This document shows positions 58,624-64,000 of a stretch of 64,000 bases of DNA, in pieces; position 1 is the first letter of the stretch, and the number at the start of each line of letters is the position of its first letter. The position numbers and the translations under genes were made by a program. The notes beneath the pieces are model-generated. The model ran no database searches. It was not told the DNA's origin and saw only the letters and a program-made list of their open reading frames with translations. Source of the DNA: Lepidodermella squamata (taxonomy: Eukaryota; Animalia; Gastrotricha); contig JBLDXI010000017.1 in assembly GCA_047495785.1 (NCBI GenBank), forward strand, positions 2,418,001 to 2,482,000, read 5' to 3'.

Positions 58624-61600
58624 ATGACCTCGATTTATCGGCTAATCTGTGACTGGAAGAAGTTGAATGATGTAAACGAAAATCAAATTGTCGTAAAACA
58701 TCGTTCTGAAGTTTTGCTATCGAGTGAATTAGCCAAGTTCTCCGATGAATTGTGCTTGGTGATATCATCCATTCCGGATACTCTTGTTATTGGATTGTGT
58801 CTTCGCCCTTCTTTGGTGGTTCCTGTCGCTATTTTAGCAGCTTTAAAAGCAGAAAAGACATTTTGCTTTTTTGAGAGCATCGAAGTCGGACTCTCTATGC
58901 AAGATGATTGTTTGATATCTGTGTATTTGACCGATCAAATAGAAAGCTTACCAGAATCTTTATCTTTGGTTAATACAATTAAGATTGAGGGGAATGGCTT
59001 TCTTGTCGACATCCATGTTATGATTTGCAAAACTGGCCACTCAGCGCATCCCCATTCTGCTAGTATCGATATTTTGCAAGATGTTGTCTATGTTGCGTTT
59101 ACATCCGGCTCAACGGGGAAGCGCAAGCCTGTTTTTGTTACAAATGGGTCGATTGCTCCTAACATTAAGGATTTCATAAATATTTGGATGGTTACGCCGA
59201 ACGATTGTGTCGCTTTGCTGGCGCCTATGACATTCGATCCCAGCTTTGTTGATATATTTTGTTGCCTGGCGACAGGAGCAAAACTTTATATTGTCGACGA
59301 GAAAGACAAAGTTAACTCATCGGCCCTCTCCAAGTGTTTGTTTGAGGAAAACGTATCAATAGTTCAGATGACACCTTCACTTTTCGCCACGTTTTCGTCT
59401 CAAGATTTAGAGTTAATATTTGACTCATCTGCTTCAAAACTTCGCATTTTTGCGCTGGGTGGTGAAAAATTTCCGTTTCAATTGTCTAAAGATCTACCAA
59501 AACCTGTGCAAGATTGGCTTGTGAAGGGTAGTAATAAGCTGTATAACCTCTACGGGGTAACCGAAGTCTCATGCTGGTGCGCTTATACTGAGATCTCAGG
59601 CGATTCTATGAATAATTACGCGTTGCCAATATTTTTCACTTCAATGACTGATTCAAAATTGAGATACGTTCTTCCCGTTTCTGGCTTGAGTGGCAATAGA
59701 GGCAGAGAGATAGCCATATCCTCCGAGTTTCGCCACTGCTACGTGGGAAATGAAATATTTGAAAGTCGCCGATCAGAAGATTACGTGCGCCGAACCGGTG
59801 ATTTAGTTATTCCTCTATCGAATGAAACCTTTCGTATTATTGGGAGAACCGATGATGTTGTCAAGCGATTCGGCCAGAAAGTAAATTGCGCCATACTTGA
59901 AAATTGTGTCGCGAGTTACTTGAGAAATTATGTTAAGCGAGTTTTCGTGATAAAAAAATATTCTAATAATCGCGTCATGTTGAATATGTGTATATTCTGC
60001 GATGTGGATAATCCAGTGCCTCATTCCTCTCAAGAGCTGAAATTATTTATCAGAAAAAAGCTCGGACATCACTACGTTCCCGACCAAATATTGCTCACCA
60101 AGCGTGCGCTCCCTTTAAATAGACACGGTAAAATTTGCCGCGGTAAAGTTGATGCCTTTTTTGCTGAAGATGCCGCGTCGAATAATATCGATAACTCAAT
60201 TGACTTACTTCTATCGAATATTTGGTGGGAAATAACTGCGAAAAGACCTTCCTCGGAATCAATGTTTCTCAAAGACGGAGGAGATTCCATTGGTGTCATT
60301 AGAATATGTGAGCTCATCCGCCAAAGACTGCAAGGTGTTGCCTTGGAAAAGCTAGCGGATTTTCTCTTGACAAAGTCTTACCGTGATGTTCTGATTTATG
60401 TAAATGGAGGACATTATTCAGAGAAAATGAATGACGTGGAATTAACTGGCACATCCATGGCCACGTCATCAAACGTTGGGTTTGGAAATAGATTTGCTGT
60501 CGTATCGAGAGGCGGTCAGATTTACGGAAACATTTCCGCATGGAACTCGAGTATCAACTGCTGTGAAATCTCCCTTAAGTGGCAAAACTACCTTGAAAAA
60601 TGTGTCGACGGTTCGCCCGTGATAAAGCTGAATGAAAAGGAGCAGGTTGAAATTTTCATCGCTTCTCATTCTGGTCTGATTCGGTCACTAAATGTTGAAA
60701 ATGAGGCCTTGTGGGAATTCAGAATATCTGACCGAATCGAAGCATCAGTAGCTCTGTCGTCTTGTGGGAAATTTATAATTTTCGGATCATACGACAAATC
60801 AATCTACGTTGTTCAAGCTGAGACAGGGGAGATCAGATTTCGTGTGCCAACTGAAGATATTGTGAAATGTACACCGGCTGTTGACTATATGCATAACGGG
60901 CACTCTTACATCGGCTGCCATGGTGGTGTTTTGTACGTTATTGATGCGAATAGCGAAGTCGGCGTCGTTGGAAAAGCTGTTCTCAAAAGTGGAGCAATCT
61001 TCGCGTCACCGCTAATTGCCGATGATCTTCTCCTAGTGTGCACGTTACAGGTAAGATTTGAGAGATACAAATTGGGATTTAAAACAAATAATCTTTCATG
61101 TCGATAGGGAAAAGCGATATGTCTAGAAAAAATGTCACTGCGAACAGAATGGACTTTTGATGCAGCTAGTCCGATATTTTCAACACCGATAAAAACTGGA
61201 CAAACTACGGCTATTGTTGCAACAGTTAGCCGAGGCATTTTCGCACTAGATTTGAAGAACGGTTCCACGATATGGCATATTGATTCAATTGCTGACAACA
61301 TTTTCTCGCCATTGGTTGAAGCTTCTGAAAATTCTGTTATCGCAGCCACTCATTCTTCAGAAGGTGGTTCAGTAATTTGTATCGACTCGAGTTTGGGTCA
61401 CATCAGGTATTAATTATCAAGGATAGCTACGTTTTTTGTTGCTAATGTAAATTTTAAGGTGGAAAACAGCACTGCCAACTTCAGTAACCGGAGCGCCCAA
61501 TCCTACAGCGAATCAAATCTTCGTTTTTGACACAAAAGGGTCCTTACATGTCTTGAGATCGCAAGATGGCTCATTAATTCCTCTGGACTTTCACCTTCCA

Positions 61601-61696
61601 GGTGAAGTTTTCTCATCCCTTGTTATCTACAACAATCTTTTATTCGTTGGCTGTCGCGATGACCACTTGTACTGCTTAGAGCTAGGCTTTGAATAA
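58624..61696 (+). CDS. AASDH: Beta-alanine-activating enzyme (NRPS-like A-T-PQQ-repeat protein, ACSF4), 3 exons
   Basis: YVAFTSGSTGKRK, TFDPS, NLYGVTEVS, RTGD, thiolation GGDS, KCVDGSP and PQQ beta-propeller repeats ending GCRDDHLYCL. Confidence 0.92.
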
Positions 61697-61769
61697 TTTT
61701 ATTCTTAACTGTGCTGCTTTTGCATAGGTACCTGTTATTTTATTTTGATTGGTCGATCTCAAAGGCTAA

Positions 61770-63789
61770 ATGGGTGTCAAAGGTCTTTGGTGGTTTCTTG
61801 TCAACCACTGCGAGCAGGAGAACAGCAGCATTTTCCGCACCTTCGACCTCGTCGAGGAGGCTAAGAAAAGCAAGGATGGCCTTACACTCATTGTCGATTT
61901 CTACCCGTTTGAATACTGGATTATCAACCAAGTCAATCGCGACTATCTTTACGAAAAATCTGGAATAAATCCGTGGGTCATGATTAGTGGCGGAGAGTAT
62001 CAATATTTTGGCCATTATGCTGTCGAGTTGTACAAAACCCTGGCTGAAATCGGCATCAAGCTCGTCGTTGTAGCTAATGCGGGCCGCTGCACTTCAACCG
62101 GGCAAATGGAGTTCAAACACGCCCGCTGGCTTCAGACGGACATTCGTGATATGAACAAAGTCAATGAAATGCTGAACATGTTGGAAGAGCCTGAAGATTC
62201 CGATCTGCTGAAACCAGCTCGCGAGACCAAGTCACCGAATTTACTTCCGCTTGAAGTATTGGACCGTCTTCGCCATGCCGGTTGCGAAATTTTGTGCAGT
62301 TTAGATGGCGAAGCTGATCCTTACATGGCTAAACTACGCTGCGAGCGTCGCGCTTTCGCAATTTTGAGCAACGATTCGGATTATCTGCTGTTCGATAATT
62401 GCCAGTACATCAACCTGGACGAGCATTTCGATGTCAGCGGCCGTTTAGCTGCATACTTATCAGCAGGCCGAGAAAATGCGACGGGAAAGCTTGATCAATT
62501 GATGGTTAAATGCGTCTTCTCAAAAGACGTCTACGCTGCCCTTGATTTGCCGAACGTTGACGCTGCTTGCGATTTATCGTTTGTCCTAGGCAATGACGTG
62601 TCAAAACAATACCCAGACTTGTATAAACGGCTGAATTTGTTGCGATTCAGCGTTAAGGGAGTGGCTTCTCGTTTGATTAAATACGGTCCGCTGACTCGTA
62701 ATCCGATTTTCAGAGGTCTGTTCAACGATAAAGACATCAGGGAAGCTTACCGTTTGACACATGAGCTGTACAAAATGGAGCTGACGATGAATTCGGCCGA
62801 GGATGGCCAGGGCGACATGAGCGATGCTGACAAAACGGCTCGAAAAATCTTGAACGAAGCAGTTCAAAACTGCCGGGTAGCTGGGCAGTGTTTGCCGATG
62901 AGTCGCGGATTTTACTGGCAAGACGCGAAAGTTGTCGAGGCGAATGATGACCTATCATCACTGTACTCGTCTGAACAGGCGTGCTTACCGATCAGAATGG
63001 CTATCTACAAAATGTTGCTCAGTGATCAGAAGGATGAGATTAAAGAGTATCGCCCACTGCGGACCAGCCAAATCACAGAGTGCATGACCATTTCGATGAG
63101 CCATGCCGTCAGTGAAAATCGCATGTTGGCCGATCTACCGAAATTCCACCAGATCGCCGATTTGCCGCGCCAGGCTCGCCTCAACCTGTTCGATCGTATC
63201 GTCAATAATTGCTATCAGGTGAAATATTCAAGAATTTTAAGGAGGATTTTTCATAATTTTTTTATGTTGTGAAATGTTTGAATTTCGAATTTTATTCTAG
63301 GATCAGACCGACAAAACTCCGGCAGAGCGTATTTACGAGCGCTTTGACAGCTGGCCAATCGCATTCCGAGTCTACGTGTGCCGGCTGATCTGGCTCGCGA
63401 ACCAGGACAACAAAAACGTGCGTTTGACACGTTCTGAAATGGAGTCGATCATCGCTTCAATCTTTACTACCGCCCTACGCCCCGACGCCTCCGACCTCGG
63501 CATTGCTGCGGGATGCCGACCAACCCGCCGCTCCCTCACTGTTGGCACCTTTGTCCAGGTTGCCTATCGTTACGTGTACAACTTCCTCGCAAAAATGCTC
63601 ATTCTGGCTGAAGTTAGCGACGGATTGCCGCTCCCGTCAGCATTCTTCTCCGGCTCCCTGTTCACCGCTATGTTCTGCCGCCAGCAGGATGACAAGAGCG
63701 AAAGCGACGCCATGGCTCAGGTGCGGCGAGTGCGCAACGAGATTCTCGACAAGTATGCTCAAGTCGTCGACGCTGTCTTCGCCCATTGA
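61770..63789 (+). CDS. Asteroid/FAM120-like PIN (XPG-like) domain protein, 2 exons
   Basis: MGVKGL, LIVDF, GGEY, GEADPY, ILSNDSDYLLF and LGND motifs. Confidence 0.75.
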
Positions 63790-64000
63790 ATTTGCTCAAC
63801 CAATCCAGCTCTTTTCGCGATGATTCAGAAAAATATTCACAACGAGTACCTATTATAGTGGCTCTCTGTTCTGTTTTTGTTTATAATTTTCAAGAGAAGT
63901 GGCGATGGCTGATTATATGATATAATAATTATTTTCCGAGCTGTAAGCATGACTGTCCGGAATCACCTGTAATTATCAGATGAATTTATGAAATAAAATG

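Noticed and set aside
58624-61696. NRPS-like module suggesting horizontal transfer or a biosynthetic cluster
   Set aside because: The A-T-PQQ architecture with introns is the ordinary metazoan AASDH/ACSF4.

Overview
Gene-dense window from a compact invertebrate (metazoan) nuclear genome with default introns of about 45-60 nt; the organism cannot be assigned from this sequence. Left to right: partial FPPS (-); a ciliary gene cluster (IFT43, SPATA17, TTC29, DYNLRB, C2orf73/CIMIP6-like, NOXRED1) with X-box (RFX) motifs in the divergent SPATA17/TTC29 promoter; an atypical globin; a tight minus-strand run (RUN-PDZ-PTB protein, two SPTSS paralogs, RDH13-like, GTPBP3); a decayed non-LTR retroelement fragment; septin; ABCB1; an unknown intronless 863-aa secreted protein; a divergent Cys-loop receptor; a minus-strand run PRP8 > F-box/WD40 > NPAT > GTF2E1 > URB1; then AASDH and an Asteroid/FAM120-like PIN protein. 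The main result is an array of 14 intronic box C/D snoRNAs (46.8-56.7 kb, minus strand). One sits in each of the eight long PRP8 introns, one in each of five introns of a non-coding leader ahead of the F-box gene, and one in the F-box coding intron. All host introns are about 163-181 nt and the D box lies 66-79 nt from the 3' splice site. Several guides match conserved rRNA methylation sites (SNORD25/31/38/55/59/60-like, recalled from memory, not searched). Some are double guides or orphans, and several are duplicated between the two host genes.
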